Positions 1 to 8,988 of a DNA stretch of 38,729 nt are shown here, piece by piece. The stretch comes from Actinomycetota bacterium (lineage in GTDB: Bacteria > Actinomycetota > UBA4738 > CALAEC01): contig JBOGVX010000231.1 of the NCBI GenBank assembly GCA_050693165.1, positions 1 to 38,729 on the forward strand, read 5' to 3'. The notes beneath the pieces were generated by a model. The model saw only the letters and a list, made by a program, of their open reading frames with translations. It ran no database searches and was not told where the DNA came from. Numbering within the stretch: the first letter of the stretch is position 1; every line of letters starts with the position of its first letter. The position numbers and the translations under genes were made by a program.

Positions 1-640
1 AGCCGAGACCCCCGGCTCCGCCCCAGATGAGGACGGGATCGCCCTCCCCGACGACGTTGGGAGGCCAGCCGAGGAGCATGCGGTAGGCGGTCGCGCCGAC
101 CAGGGTCGGCGCCGCGGCGGCTTCCCACGTGAGGTGCGACGCCTTGGGCATGCACTGGTGGGCCTGGACCTTCGTGAACTGAGCGAATGAGCCCCAGTTG
201 GTCTCGTATCCCCAGATGCGGAACGAGTCGTGGAACATCGGGTCTGAGGTCTCATCTGCCTCGGGGTCCCACTGACCGCAGTGGATAACGACGTGGTCCC
301 CGACCTTCACGTTCGTGACCTCGTCGCCGACCTTGTAGACGACGCCGGACGCGTCCGAGCCGCCGATGTGGAAGTCGGTCGGCTCGCCGAACTTCTCGTG
401 GTAAGCGCAGACGTCTACCGGGATCCCTCGAGCCGCCCACACGTTGTTGTAGTTGATGCCGGCGGCCATCACGAGTACGAGGGCGTCGCGCGGCCCGACC
501 TCGGGAACCTCGACCTCCTCCACCTGGAACGCCTTCTCCGGGTCGCCGAAGCGGTCCGGGCGGATCAGCTGGGCGAGCATCTTCTTGGGTACTTCGCCTA
601 GGGGTGGGATCTCACCGATCTTGTAAAGGTCCTGGGGCAC
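1..640 (-). CDS. ccr: crotonyl-CoA carboxylase/reductase, N-terminal ~213 codons (3' end lies beyond the window start)
   Basis: Reverse-strand frame runs off the window edge, so it has no stop here and is absent from the ORF track. My translation is [72 protein letters not shown]...[16 protein letters not shown]...[49 protein letters not shown]...IWGGAGGLG. This is the Ccr-type MDR reductase pattern. GTG at 640 is preceded by GGAGG (complement of 649-653). Confidence 0.85.
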   Translation of the reverse strand, partial: MPQDLYKIGEIPPLGEVPKKMLAQLIRPDRFGDPEKAFQVEEVEVPEVGPRDALVLVMAAGINYNNVWAARGIPVDVCAYHEKFGEPTDFHIGGSDASGVVYKVGDEVTNVKVGDHVVIHCGQWDPEADETSDPMFHDSFRIWGYETNWGSFAQFTKVQAHQCMPKASHLTWEAAAAPTLVGATAYRMLLGWPPNVVGEGDPVLIWGGAGGLG

Positions 641-704
641 GAGGGAAACCTCCCGGGCTCGATTTGGTTACCACAGAGTAGGTTATTACCCGCCCGCGCC
701 GCAA

Positions 705-1940
705 CTAATCGATGGAGACCTGCCTGACCCCCCACTCGGTGAAGTTCGGGTGCTCCCCCGCCGCGACGAAGCCGATCACGTTGTCCCTGGCCTTCAGGAG
801 GAACTCGTCGGGGATCTGCACCTGCTGGGGAGAGCTCCAGCCGGCCCCGGCCGGCACCTGGATCAGGTGCTTCCAGTTCACCCAGATGTGGACCTCATCG
901 GCCTCGATGTCGAAGGCCTCGAAGCTCAGGGTCTTGGCGCCGGTCAGCGGGCCGGTCCCGTAGAAGACCTCCTTCGGGTGCGAACGGTCCCCCCCGACCG
1001 TGTTGCCGACGGCGCCGGCGAACGGCAGCGGCAGGGGCATGGCCGGAGTCTGCCTCGGGTTCGTGGGGATCGTCTCGATCGGTGCCCAGTCGTGCGACTT
1101 GGTGAGCGACCAGTTGTAGAGGCTCCCTCCGATGAGACCGTGCTCTCTGACGGCGTGTACGAATGCCTGAACCTCCGCGCCGCTCGCGTCGTCGGCAACC
1201 CCGCCGATCATGTGGATCGGGATCGTCGGGTCACCCGTCTTGTCCCTGATGATCTCGACGTTCCGAGCCGTCTCGTCGTGAACCTTCGTCGGGCCGTTGA
1301 CGTGGTACGTGAAGTAGCCCATCGGGACGAACGCGTCGAAGATGTCGGCGAGACCCGCATACGGGAACTTGGGCCAGTACCCCTTGTTCAGCCCTATGCC
1401 GACCGGCGAGGGGATGATCGCGCCGAGCGGATAGCTCTGGCCCGCGTGCTCGCGGATGCGCTTCGAGAGCCGGAGAAGGCGCTTGGTCCGAGCCGACGGC
1501 GGGCCGAGGATGCTCGCCTCGATGTCGAGGCCGAAGGAGTCGAACTCCTCGCCGGATGGAGAGCGGTAGTCGATCGCCGCGAACGACCTCCGACGGTCCC
1601 TGGCAAGCTCCGCGAAGCCGGGCAGGTACCAGGCCACCACCTCCATGTTCCTATCGTGCGCGGCAGCGAGGAACTTGGCGACGCCCTCGGGGTGGACGAT
1701 CTCGTCGCCCTGCGAGTAGTTGGAGGTCTGCAGGTAGATGGTCTTCACGCCATGATCGGCCATGTCGGCGACCGCGTTCGCTGGGTTCCGCCAGGCCCGC
1801 TCCTCGAAGATGTCGACCCAGGCGCCGAGGCCGCGGAACGGCTCGATCTGGCGATCCGGCGCGGCGGTCCGAGCGGGGCTCGAGGGGGCGAGCGCGGACG
1901 CCACGAGGGCGACGACGATCAGGGCTCTTCGCGGGGCCAT
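705..1940 (-). CDS. secreted hypothetical protein, glycoside-hydrolase-like TIM-barrel (GHL10/DUF4015-like) plus C-terminal beta domain
   Basis: ORF track gives 705..1991. I prefer the ATG at 1940, because MAPRRALIVVALVASALAPSSPA is a signal peptide and this start avoids overlap with the stop of 1961..2608. An alternating beta/alpha pattern (GAWVDIFE, VKTIYLQT, MEVVAWYLPG, FGLDIE, FVPMGYF) suggests a TIM barrel. Family assignment is by eye only. Confidence 0.6.
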   Translation of the reverse strand: MAPRRALIVVALVASALAPSSPARTAAPDRQIEPFRGLGAWVDIFEERAWRNPANAVADMADHGVKTIYLQTSNYSQGDEIVHPEGVAKFLAAAHDRNMEVVAWYLPGFAELARDRRRSFAAIDYRSPSGEEFDSFGLDIEASILGPPSARTKRLLRLSKRIREHAGQSYPLGAIIPSPVGIGLNKGYWPKFPYAGLADIFDAFVPMGYFTYHVNGPTKVHDETARNVEIIRDKTGDPTIPIHMIGGVADDASGAEVQAFVHAVREHGLIGGSLYNWSLTKSHDWAPIETIPTNPRQTPAMPLPLPFAGAVGNTVGGDRSHPKEVFYGTGPLTGAKTLSFEAFDIEADEVHIWVNWKHLIQVPAGAGWSSPQQVQIPDEFLLKARDNVIGFVAAGEHPNFTEWGVRQVSID

Positions 1941-1960
1941 CGGGGTCAAAGGGTAAGGCC

Positions 1961-2608
1961 TCAGGCCACCGTGCCCAAGGACGTTCCGCAATTGCTGCAG
2001 TAGACGATCGTGACCGTGCTCTTCTCGCCTTCACGCTCGGCGTCCGGCACCCTCAGGACGCGGTATGTGGCCGTTTCCGCCAACTCCTTGCGACAGCGAG
2101 GACACGACGGGCCCTTCCCGGACCGGCTCTGAATCTCCCCCGCCGCGACGCCCTCGGCCTGGGGCGAGCCCGTGTAACCAGATAGGAGCTCGACCACTTG
2201 GCTGCGGACCTTGTCGAGATCTGCTCCCATCTTGACCAGAACCTGAGCAGCGACCCCCTCGCCCTCTCTCACAACACCGAGTAGGAGGTGCTCGGTGCCG
2301 ATGTAGTTGTGCCCGAGGTTGAGAGCCTCTCGGAGCGCCAGCTCGAGTACTTTCTTTGCGCGCGGAGTGAAAGGGATGTGACCTTCGGGATCCTCCTGAC
2401 CCTCGCCGACAAGGTGAACTATCTGGTACCTGACGTCATCGAGGGAGACGCCCAAAGACTCGAGAGCCTTCGCGGCCAGGCCCTCACCTTCGCGGCTCAG
2501 GCCCAGCAGGACGTGCTCGGTCCCGATGTAGTTGTGGCTGAGCATCCTCGCCTCTTCTTGGGCGAAGACGATCACACGGCGGGCGCGCTCGGTGAACCTC
2601 TCGAACAC
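1961..2608 (-). CDS. stand-alone Clp R (ClpC/ClpB N-terminal) domain protein with C-terminal zinc ribbon
   Basis: Two Clp_N repeats are present (FERFTERARRVIVFAQEEARMLSHNYIGTEHVLLGL and FTPRAKKVLELALREALNLGHNYIGTEHLLLGV). There is no AAA+ module. The tail carries CPRC...CSNC. Confidence 0.85.
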   Translation of the reverse strand: MFERFTERARRVIVFAQEEARMLSHNYIGTEHVLLGLSREGEGLAAKALESLGVSLDDVRYQIVHLVGEGQEDPEGHIPFTPRAKKVLELALREALNLGHNYIGTEHLLLGVVREGEGVAAQVLVKMGADLDKVRSQVVELLSGYTGSPQAEGVAAGEIQSRSGKGPSCPRCRKELAETATYRVLRVPDAEREGEKSTVTIVYCSNCGTSLGTVA

Positions 2609-2629
2609 TGGGACTTGAGACTAGCCCGC

Positions 2630-3559
2630 TCAGGCGTCTTGCGCGCGCACCGACGAGACCGGGCACGTCAGGCCTCGCGGGCACCACCCGCACCAGGGAC
2701 CGGGCCGCAGACTGGGCTCCGCGCCGCCTAGCAGGGCGCCGGCACGCACACAGCCGTCGGCGACGCGTCGCACCGAGGAAGTGAGCAGGTCCTCGGTCAC
2801 GTCCTGGACGCGCCACCGCCCGCTCTCGAGGTTCACGGTGGCGACGCGGAAGGGCGGCACGCCGAACCTGAGCGTTGCCACGAGCGCGTAGAAGCGAACG
2901 TCCTCGTCGTGGTCGGGTGTGTCGAAGCCCGTCTTCAGCTCGAGGAGCAGCCGCCGCGCCCGCATCGGCTCCTCGGGGTCGGTCGTGCCGAGACAGATGT
3001 CAGGCCTCGCTCGCAGCACGACCCGGCCGCCGAGGAGCTCGGCCGAGAGCGGCACCTCCACGGCCGGGGTCCAGGACTTCTCGAACGGAGGGAACAGGGA
3101 CCGGAACAGGATCGTCTGACGTACGGCCTCCCCCTCCAGCTCGGCCCGGTCCGCCTCACCCATCTCGCGGCAGAACTCGGCGAACCCCTCGTCGGCGCAC
3201 AGCTGCTCCAGGGAAGCGGAGACGAGCTCGGCCTCGGTCAGGTGCTGGCGGTAGACGCCGACCTGGATCGCCTTGTGGACGAGGTTCCCGATCGCGAGCT
3301 TGAGGCTGAAGCTGAACTCCCCCTCACGCAGGGCATTGGCGACGTACAGGCCCTCGCAGCGCGTGTGGAGCTCCACGAGCCGGGCCTTGGTGATCCACAG
3401 CTCCTCCCCCTCCGGGAGGGACTCCGCGACAGGCGCCAGCCGGGCGTCGAGATCGGCCGTGAGGCTGTCGGCGAGGTCTGCAGCGAAGACCGGCCGCTCG
3501 GACGGCCCACCGGCCATCAGGTCGTCCAGGGTCCGCTGCTGAACCGAGGTCAGGCTCAC
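2630..3559 (-). CDS. PD-(D/E)XK nuclease family protein (RecB/Cas4-like) with Fe-S-type cysteine set
   Basis: Nuclease-core-like motifs RPDICLG ... LLLELKTG are present. One upstream Cys (HTRCEG) plus C-terminal CGWCPRGLTC gives the C...CxxCx5C pattern typical of Cas4/AddB-type 4Fe-4S nuclease domains. Confidence 0.72.
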   Translation of the reverse strand: MSLTSVQQRTLDDLMAGGPSERPVFAADLADSLTADLDARLAPVAESLPEGEELWITKARLVELHTRCEGLYVANALREGEFSFSLKLAIGNLVHKAIQVGVYRQHLTEAELVSASLEQLCADEGFAEFCREMGEADRAELEGEAVRQTILFRSLFPPFEKSWTPAVEVPLSAELLGGRVVLRARPDICLGTTDPEEPMRARRLLLELKTGFDTPDHDEDVRFYALVATLRFGVPPFRVATVNLESGRWRVQDVTEDLLTSSVRRVADGCVRAGALLGGAEPSLRPGPWCGWCPRGLTCPVSSVRAQDA

Positions 3560-3673
3560 CCTTCGAGCCTAGACCGCCCCACCGACATGAATCCCGAGTT
3601 CGCCTCACGGGATGCCGGACCCCCGACCGGCGGGTAGGCACCCAGCCTCGAGGAATCCGTAGACTTCCCAGGG

Positions 3674-5263
3674 ATGGCCAAGACCCAGGATCCGGACAAG
3701 GAAGCAGAGCCGAGGCCCGTAGAGCGCAAGATCGAGGACCTCCGGAAGCGCAAGGAGGAGGCGGTCGTCGCAGGCGGCGAGGACGCCGTCGAACGACAGC
3801 ACAAGCGCGGCAAGCTCACCGCCAGGGAGCGGATCGAGCTGCTGCTGGACGCGGGATCCTTCGTGGAGACGGACGCTCTATCGAGGCACCGAGTGACCGC
3901 CTTCGGACTGGAGAAGAACCGTCCGTACGGAGACGGCGTGATCACGGGCTGGGGCACGATCGACGGCCGCAAGGTATTCGTGTTCAGCCAGGACTTCACG
4001 GTCTTCGGCGGCTCCCTGGGCGAGACCTTCGCCGAGAAGATCTGCAAGGTCATGGACCTCGCGGTAGCCACCGGTGCTCCCGTCATCGGCCTCAACGACT
4101 CCGGCGGCGCGCGGATCCAGGAAGGCGCGTCGTCGCTCGCCGGCTACGGCTACATCTTCGACCGCAACGTGCGCTCGTCCGGCGTCATCCCCCAGGTCAG
4201 CGTGATCGTGGGCCCCTGCGCGGGGGGCGCCGTCTACTCCCCCGCGATGACCGACTTCATCTTCATGGTGAAGGAGACCTCGCACATGTTCATCACCGGG
4301 CCCGAGGTCATCAAGACCGTCACCGGCGAGGACGTCACGTTCGAGGAGCTCGGCGGGGCGATGACGCACGCGAGCCGCTCGGGGATCGCCTCGTTCGTCG
4401 CCGAGGATGAGCGCGAGTGCATCCAGATGGTCCGCTACCTCATGTCGTTCCTCCCCTCGAACAACATGGAGGACCCACCGACGTACGCCTCGACCGACGA
4501 CCCCGAGCGACGGTGCGAATCGCTCGCCGACCTGATCCCCGACTCGCCGCGCGAGCCGTACGACATGAAGGACGTCATCCGCGAGGTCATGGACGACGGC
4601 GACTTCTTCGAGGTCTTTCCCCTCTGGGCGATGAACATCCTTATCGGCTTCGCGCGGCTCGACGGCCAGTCGGTCGGCGTGATCGCGAACCAGCCGAGGG
4701 TCCTGGCCGGCACGCTCGACATCGAGTCCAGCGAGAAGGCCGCGCGGTTCGTCAGGTTCTGCGACGCGTTCAACGTCCCGCTCGTCACGTTCGTCGACGT
4801 TCCGGGATTCTTGCCGGGCACCGCGCAGGAGTACGGCGGAATCATCCGACGTGGCGCCAAGCTCCTCTACGCGTTCACCGAGGCGACCGTGCCTCGTCTG
4901 ACGGTGATCACTCGCAAGGCTTACGGCGGCGCGTACGTCGTCATGAACTCGAAGCACATCCGCTCGGACATCTCGTTCGCCTGGCCGACCGCCGAGATCG
5001 CCGTCATGGGACCGGAGGGTGCGGTCAACATCGTGTTCCGCAAGGAGCTTAAGGACGCCGAGGATCCCGTAACGCGACGCAAGGAGCTCATCGAGGACTA
5101 CGAGGAGCGCTTCGCCAACCCGTACATCGCGGCGGACCGCGGCTACGTGGACGACGTGATCGAGCCCGCGGAGACTCGCATCCGCCTGATCCAGGCGCTG
5201 CGGATGCTCCGGACGAAGCGCGAGGCGGTCCCACCTCGCAAGCACGGGAACGTGCCGCTATGA
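3674..5263 (+). CDS. pccB: propionyl-CoA/acyl-CoA carboxylase beta subunit (carboxyltransferase)
   Basis: 529 aa. [109 protein letters not shown] and [11 protein letters not shown] are canonical PccB/AccD5 blocks. Confidence 0.93.
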   Translation: MAKTQDPDKEAEPRPVERKIEDLRKRKEEAVVAGGEDAVERQHKRGKLTARERIELLLDAGSFVETDALSRHRVTAFGLEKNRPYGDGVITGWGTIDGRKVFVFSQDFTVFGGSLGETFAEKICKVMDLAVATGAPVIGLNDSGGARIQEGASSLAGYGYIFDRNVRSSGVIPQVSVIVGPCAGGAVYSPAMTDFIFMVKETSHMFITGPEVIKTVTGEDVTFEELGGAMTHASRSGIASFVAEDERECIQMVRYLMSFLPSNNMEDPPTYASTDDPERRCESLADLIPDSPREPYDMKDVIREVMDDGDFFEVFPLWAMNILIGFARLDGQSVGVIANQPRVLAGTLDIESSEKAARFVRFCDAFNVPLVTFVDVPGFLPGTAQEYGGIIRRGAKLLYAFTEATVPRLTVITRKAYGGAYVVMNSKHIRSDISFAWPTAEIAVMGPEGAVNIVFRKELKDAEDPVTRRKELIEDYEERFANPYIAADRGYVDDVIEPAETRIRLIQALRMLRTKREAVPPRKHGNVPL

Positions 5264-5336
5264 GCCTCGGACAACCAACCTCTCTCAGATACCAACGTAT
5301 AGCGTGGGTAATTGAGAGGACTTGGAGCACGTAGCC

Positions 5337-5585
5337 ATGCCTCGCTTCGAGCTGCCGCCGGATCTGTCTCCCGAGGAAGAGCGCGCCGCGATCGCGGCCC
5401 TGGAGCGAACGCTGGGAGCAGGGATCAAGACGCCGTCGCCCTGGGCGCTGGCCGGCCGGGCCGACGCGCTTCGCCTGGGAGCGCTCCACATCCGCCACCA
5501 GACCAGCGGCTGGATGTTCCGCGGCTACGCGCCGTTCGCCCGGCGCGGGACCTCGCCGATGGTCGGCCGCGGAGACTCGCGATGA
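5337..5585 (+). CDS. small ORF, possible acyl-CoA carboxylase epsilon subunit
   Basis: Lies immediately downstream of pccB, as actinobacterial epsilon subunits do. Composition is epsilon-like (SPEEERAAIAALERTL ... SPWALAGR). ATG at 5337 is preferred over the TTG at 5322. Its stop overlaps the next start (ATGA). The assignment is weak. Confidence 0.45.
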   Translation: MPRFELPPDLSPEEERAAIAALERTLGAGIKTPSPWALAGRADALRLGALHIRHQTSGWMFRGYAPFARRGTSPMVGRGDSR

Positions 5586-5983
5586 CCGAAGACCTGAACA
5601 AGGCCGCCGCATACTGCCCCACCTGCGGCGCGGAGTACCGAGAGGGATTCGATCGCTGCGCTGATGACGGGACGAAGCTGATACCCGGCCCGCCTCCTCC
5701 TGAGCCGGTTCCCGCGCCGGAGCCTTTCACGGCGCCCGAGACCTCTGAACCGATGCTGGAGACGAAGTGGGTCAGTGCCAGGAGCTTCCTCGACGGCCGA
5801 GAGGCCATGCTCCTCGCGGGTCGACTCGAATCGGAGGGAATCCCAGCCCGTGCCTATCCGGAGCCAGGCAGTGGATACAGGCCCGAGGTAACGGGAGTCA
5901 TGCTCCAGGGCACCGAAGTTCTGGTTCCCGCAGATCGTCTGCTTGAGGCTCGCCAGCTGATCAACCAGCTCGAGAGGGCCTGA
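5582..5983 (+). CDS. zinc-ribbon + DUF2007-like (putative signal-transducing) domain protein
   Basis: The track ORF 5312..5983 has an Arg-rich junk N-terminus. The real start is the ATG at 5582 (MTEDLNKAAAYCPTCGAEYREGFDRCADDGTKL, a Zn ribbon), followed by a Pro-rich linker. Then comes REAMLLAGRLESEGIPARAY...VLVPADRLLEARQLI, typical of DUF2007. Confidence 0.6.
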   Translation: MTEDLNKAAAYCPTCGAEYREGFDRCADDGTKLIPGPPPPEPVPAPEPFTAPETSEPMLETKWVSARSFLDGREAMLLAGRLESEGIPARAYPEPGSGYRPEVTGVMLQGTEVLVPADRLLEARQLINQLERA

Positions 5984-6011
5984 CCCCGCGCGCCGCTACC
6001 CTAGGGCGCAT

Positions 6012-6317
6012 ATGAGCGCCACCCTGACCCCCGCCGGCCCGACTTCGATGGCGGCCGAGGACCTCGAGGCTCGCTTCGGAGACGAAGACCTCTCGCCGAG
6101 ATGGTGGTCGAACGGCGCCGGTGACACCTACGGCTGGCACGACCACCCGTACCATAAGGTCCTGTACTGCTTTGAGGGCACGATCACCTTCCACCTCCGA
6201 GACGGCGACGTCGAGCTGAAGGCAGGCGACAGGCTCGACATCGAGCCCGGCACCGAACATTCGGCAACCGTGGGACCGGATGGAGTCACCTGCGTCGAGG
6301 CGGCGAGGCCGTCGTGA
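6012..6317 (+). CDS. cupin domain protein
   Basis: 101 aa. GWHDHPYHKVLYCFEGTITFHL...GDRLDIEPGTEHSA is the two-motif cupin signature. The stop overlaps the next start (GTGA). Confidence 0.7.
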   Translation: MSATLTPAGPTSMAAEDLEARFGDEDLSPRWWSNGAGDTYGWHDHPYHKVLYCFEGTITFHLRDGDVELKAGDRLDIEPGTEHSATVGPDGVTCVEAARPS

Positions 6318-7432
6318 CCTCTGTGGCCATAAACGTGGACCAGCTCTTCTTCAAGGTCCCCGGGGGGATCGGCACCTACGTTCGCCAGCTGCTCCCGGCC
6401 CTGCGAGCGCAGAGTCCCGATCTCGACCTTTCCGCGTTTCACTCCCGCTTCGAGGGAGCCGCTGAGGCACCTGAGCTGAACGGCCTGAGAACAACCGAGC
6501 TGGACCGCAGCATCCGCTTGCTCTATCCGTTGTGGAACCTGACCGGCAAGCCCCCGTTGCCCGACCCCTTGGGCTCTGCCGAGATCGTGCACGCGCCTTC
6601 CCCCGTTGCAGTCCCCCCGGTGCGTGACGGGCAGAAGCTCGTGGTCACCGTGCACGACCTGGCGTTCCGCCTTTACCCGGGTGCCTTTCCTCCGTCGTGG
6701 CGGATGCTGCACATGTCCGGCGTGAAGCGAACCGTTCGGGACGCCAACGCCGTGATCGCCGTGTCGCGGAACACCGCGAGCGACTTGCAGAAGCTGACGG
6801 GTATCGACCCGGCGAGGATCCAGATCGTGCCGCTGGGCGGGTCCATCCCGGTCGGCACCGGTGACCCGGGCGCGGTGCTGGACCGGCTCAGCATCCCGCG
6901 CCCCTATGTGCTCTTCGTGGGAACGCTCGAGCCGCGCAAGAACGTCGTGCGGCTCATCCGCGCCTACCGGCGCATCGCTCCCGGGGTTCCGAACGCCCTG
7001 GTGCTGGCGGGGCCACGCGGCTGGCGGAGCCAGCCCGTCGACCGGGAGCTCGCCCAGCCCGGGCACGGTCGGATCATCCGAACGGGCCGCGTGTCGGAGG
7101 ACGAGCTCGACGCGTTGTACCGAGGCGCCGACGCATTCGCGTACCCCTCGCTGTACGAAGGATTCGGGCTTCCGGTCCTCGACGCCATGACCCGAGGTGT
7201 TCCGGTAGTTACCTCGAACACCTCCTCTCTCCTGGATCTGGCAGGGGAGGCCGCCATGCGAATCTCGCCGGAATCGGTGGGGGCGATCGCGGGGGCGATG
7301 GAAGCCGTCCTGACCGATCAAGCGCTGAGCGCGAGGCTCGGGGCCGCAGGCCGCGAGCGCGCTCGGGAGTTCAGCTGGGAGCGGACCGCGAGGGAGACGC
7401 TCGACGTCTACGAGAAGGCTCTCGCCGGATGA
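6314..7432 (+). CDS. glycosyltransferase family 4 (GT-B fold)
   Basis: 372 aa. The N-terminus is GGIGTYVRQL. The C-terminal half carries FVGTLEPRKN and PSLYEGFGLPVLDAMTRGVPVVTS, an EX7E-type motif. Confidence 0.88.
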   Translation: MTSVAINVDQLFFKVPGGIGTYVRQLLPALRAQSPDLDLSAFHSRFEGAAEAPELNGLRTTELDRSIRLLYPLWNLTGKPPLPDPLGSAEIVHAPSPVAVPPVRDGQKLVVTVHDLAFRLYPGAFPPSWRMLHMSGVKRTVRDANAVIAVSRNTASDLQKLTGIDPARIQIVPLGGSIPVGTGDPGAVLDRLSIPRPYVLFVGTLEPRKNVVRLIRAYRRIAPGVPNALVLAGPRGWRSQPVDRELAQPGHGRIIRTGRVSEDELDALYRGADAFAYPSLYEGFGLPVLDAMTRGVPVVTSNTSSLLDLAGEAAMRISPESVGAIAGAMEAVLTDQALSARLGAAGRERAREFSWERTARETLDVYEKALAG

Positions 7433-8529
7433 AGCTTGACGACCTCCGCGATCTGTTCCCCGCGCTCCGAGAGGTCACCTACCTCAACACCGCAACGGCC
7501 GCGCTGGGGGCGACGCCCGTCGTGGAAGCCCTGCGCGCCGCAGAGGATGAGTGGGCGTCAGGAGAGTTCTCCTGGCAGGCGTGGGAGACCGCGGGGGCCG
7601 AGCCCACTCGAGACATCTTCGCGAGGCTCGTCGGCGGGAGGGGCGAACACGTGGGCCTCTACGGATCCGTCTCTGCGGCGGCAGCCTCCGTGGCCGCCTC
7701 GCTCGAGCCCGGCAGGATCGTCGTCGGCTCCAGAGAGTTCCAGAGCAACCTCTTCCCCTGGCTGGCTCTCGAGCGCCGCGGATTCGAGGTCGTGCAGGTC
7801 CCCGCGACCGAGGGCGTCGTGAGAACCGATGCCCTGATCGAGGCGATCGACGAGGGCACGATGCTGGTCGCGGTCTCCGAGGTCCAGTCCGCCAACGGCT
7901 TCAGGGTCCACCTGGCCGAGATCGCACAGGCCTGCAAGGCTCACGGCGCTCAGCTCTTCCTCGATGCGATCCAGTCCCTCGGCGCGCTCGAGTACGTGCC
8001 CGGGGCGGACTACGTCGCCTCGCATGGCTATAAGTGGCTGCTGGCTCCGCGCGGCGCGGCATGGATGTGGGTGACGCCGGATCGCTTGAACGACCTGTAT
8101 CCGCTGGCGCCGTCTTGGAAGAACGTGCCGGAGCCGTACGCCGACTACTACGGCGGCCCGATCGAGCTGCCCGAGCACGGACGCCGCCTGGACATGTCGC
8201 TGGCATGGCTCACGTGGCCCGGCGCGCTGGCCGCGCTTCGGATCATCGACGATCTCGACCCCGCCGAGGTCGAGGAGCGGTGCCTTTCACTGGCGCGGGA
8301 GTTCCGCGAGGAGGCGGGCCGAAGAAGCTTCAAGCTCGTTCCCGAGGACGCCCCCAGCCAGATCCAGGCGCTGTCTGTCCCCGACCCGGCGGCTCTCAAG
8401 GCCCGTCTCAGCGAGCGGCGCGTCATAGGAGCGATCCGGGACGGCTCGTTCCGCGTGGGGTTCCACGCCTACAACGACGAGAGGGACCTCGCGACCGCAC
8501 TCGACGCCCTCGGCCGTCCCGACGGGTAG
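7429..8529 (+). CDS. aminotransferase class V-fold PLP-dependent enzyme (cysteine desulfurase/selenocysteine lyase-like)
   Basis: 366 aa. TYLNTATAALGATP at the N-terminus and a SHGYKWLLAPRGAAWMWV PLP-lysine block. ATGA overlap with the GT4 gene. Confidence 0.82.
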   Translation: MKLDDLRDLFPALREVTYLNTATAALGATPVVEALRAAEDEWASGEFSWQAWETAGAEPTRDIFARLVGGRGEHVGLYGSVSAAAASVAASLEPGRIVVGSREFQSNLFPWLALERRGFEVVQVPATEGVVRTDALIEAIDEGTMLVAVSEVQSANGFRVHLAEIAQACKAHGAQLFLDAIQSLGALEYVPGADYVASHGYKWLLAPRGAAWMWVTPDRLNDLYPLAPSWKNVPEPYADYYGGPIELPEHGRRLDMSLAWLTWPGALAALRIIDDLDPAEVEERCLSLAREFREEAGRRSFKLVPEDAPSQIQALSVPDPAALKARLSERRVIGAIRDGSFRVGFHAYNDERDLATALDALGRPDG

Positions 8530-8541
8530 ACTCCGCGCCCG

Positions 8542-8988
8542 ATGGACAGGGAAGCCCGCGAAGAGCTCACGCCGCGTCAGCTCGAGGATCTGAAGGAGCG
8601 CATCCGGACATCGCCTTTCCACGAGTGGGCGGGCATCGAGCTCGTGTCGGTAGGCAGCGGCGAGGCCGAGCTGGCCATGACCCTGCAGGACCACCACTTC
8701 AACCCACAGGGCATCGTCCACGGAGGGATCATCTCCGCGATGGCCGATACGGCGATCGGCCTGGCGTTGCGATCAATCCTCCCCGCAGGCAACACGCATA
8801 GGACCGCGCAGCTCAACGTCCACTTCCTCGCCAAGGGTGAGGGCAACCGGCTGGTCGGGAAGGGCCACTCGATGCACATGGGCCGGCGGATGGGCTACGG
8901 AGAAGCAGAGGTCCTCGACGGGAAAGGCAACCAGCTCGCCCGTGCAAGCGCGACGTTCATCGTGCTCCCCGCCCCCGGCGCGTTCTAG
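8542..8988 (+). CDS. PaaI-family hotdog-fold thioesterase
   Basis: 148 aa. SPFHEWAGIELVSVGSGEAELAMTLQDHHFNPQGIVHGGIISAMADTAIG is the PaaI/4HBT pattern. Confidence 0.85.
   Translation: MDREAREELTPRQLEDLKERIRTSPFHEWAGIELVSVGSGEAELAMTLQDHHFNPQGIVHGGIISAMADTAIGLALRSILPAGNTHRTAQLNVHFLAKGEGNRLVGKGHSMHMGRRMGYGEAEVLDGKGNQLARASATFIVLPAPGAF

Noticed and set aside
661-700. An AT-richer patch with GGTTA repeats (TTGGTTACCACAGAGTAGGTTATTACC) upstream of ccr, as a possible promoter or operator.
   Set aside because: I could not find -35/-10 hexamers with acceptable spacing on the coding strand. ccr may simply be co-transcribed with the upstream gene. This is too weak to call.
750-2003. 417-aa plus-strand ORF antisense to the 705..1940 gene. 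Similar long antisense ORFs are 3878..5245, 14523..15908, 17013..18689, 19631..21028, 21227..22714, 25048..26100 and 30208..31170.
   Set aside because: They are Arg/Gly/Pro/Asp-rich low-complexity translations with no motifs. Each lies exactly opposite a gene with strong family signatures. This is the classic shadow-ORF effect of high third-position GC.
2630-3559. Cas4-like nuclease as a marker of a CRISPR-Cas locus.
   Set aside because: No direct-repeat array and no other cas-like genes are found anywhere in the window. RecB/Cas4-fold nucleases are common outside CRISPR contexts.
8985-8988. Convergent genes (thioesterase and kinase) share their stop codons through a CTAG tetranucleotide, with no terminator between them.
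   Set aside because: The overlap is real but is a trivial compaction feature, and no structure or function can be argued from it.
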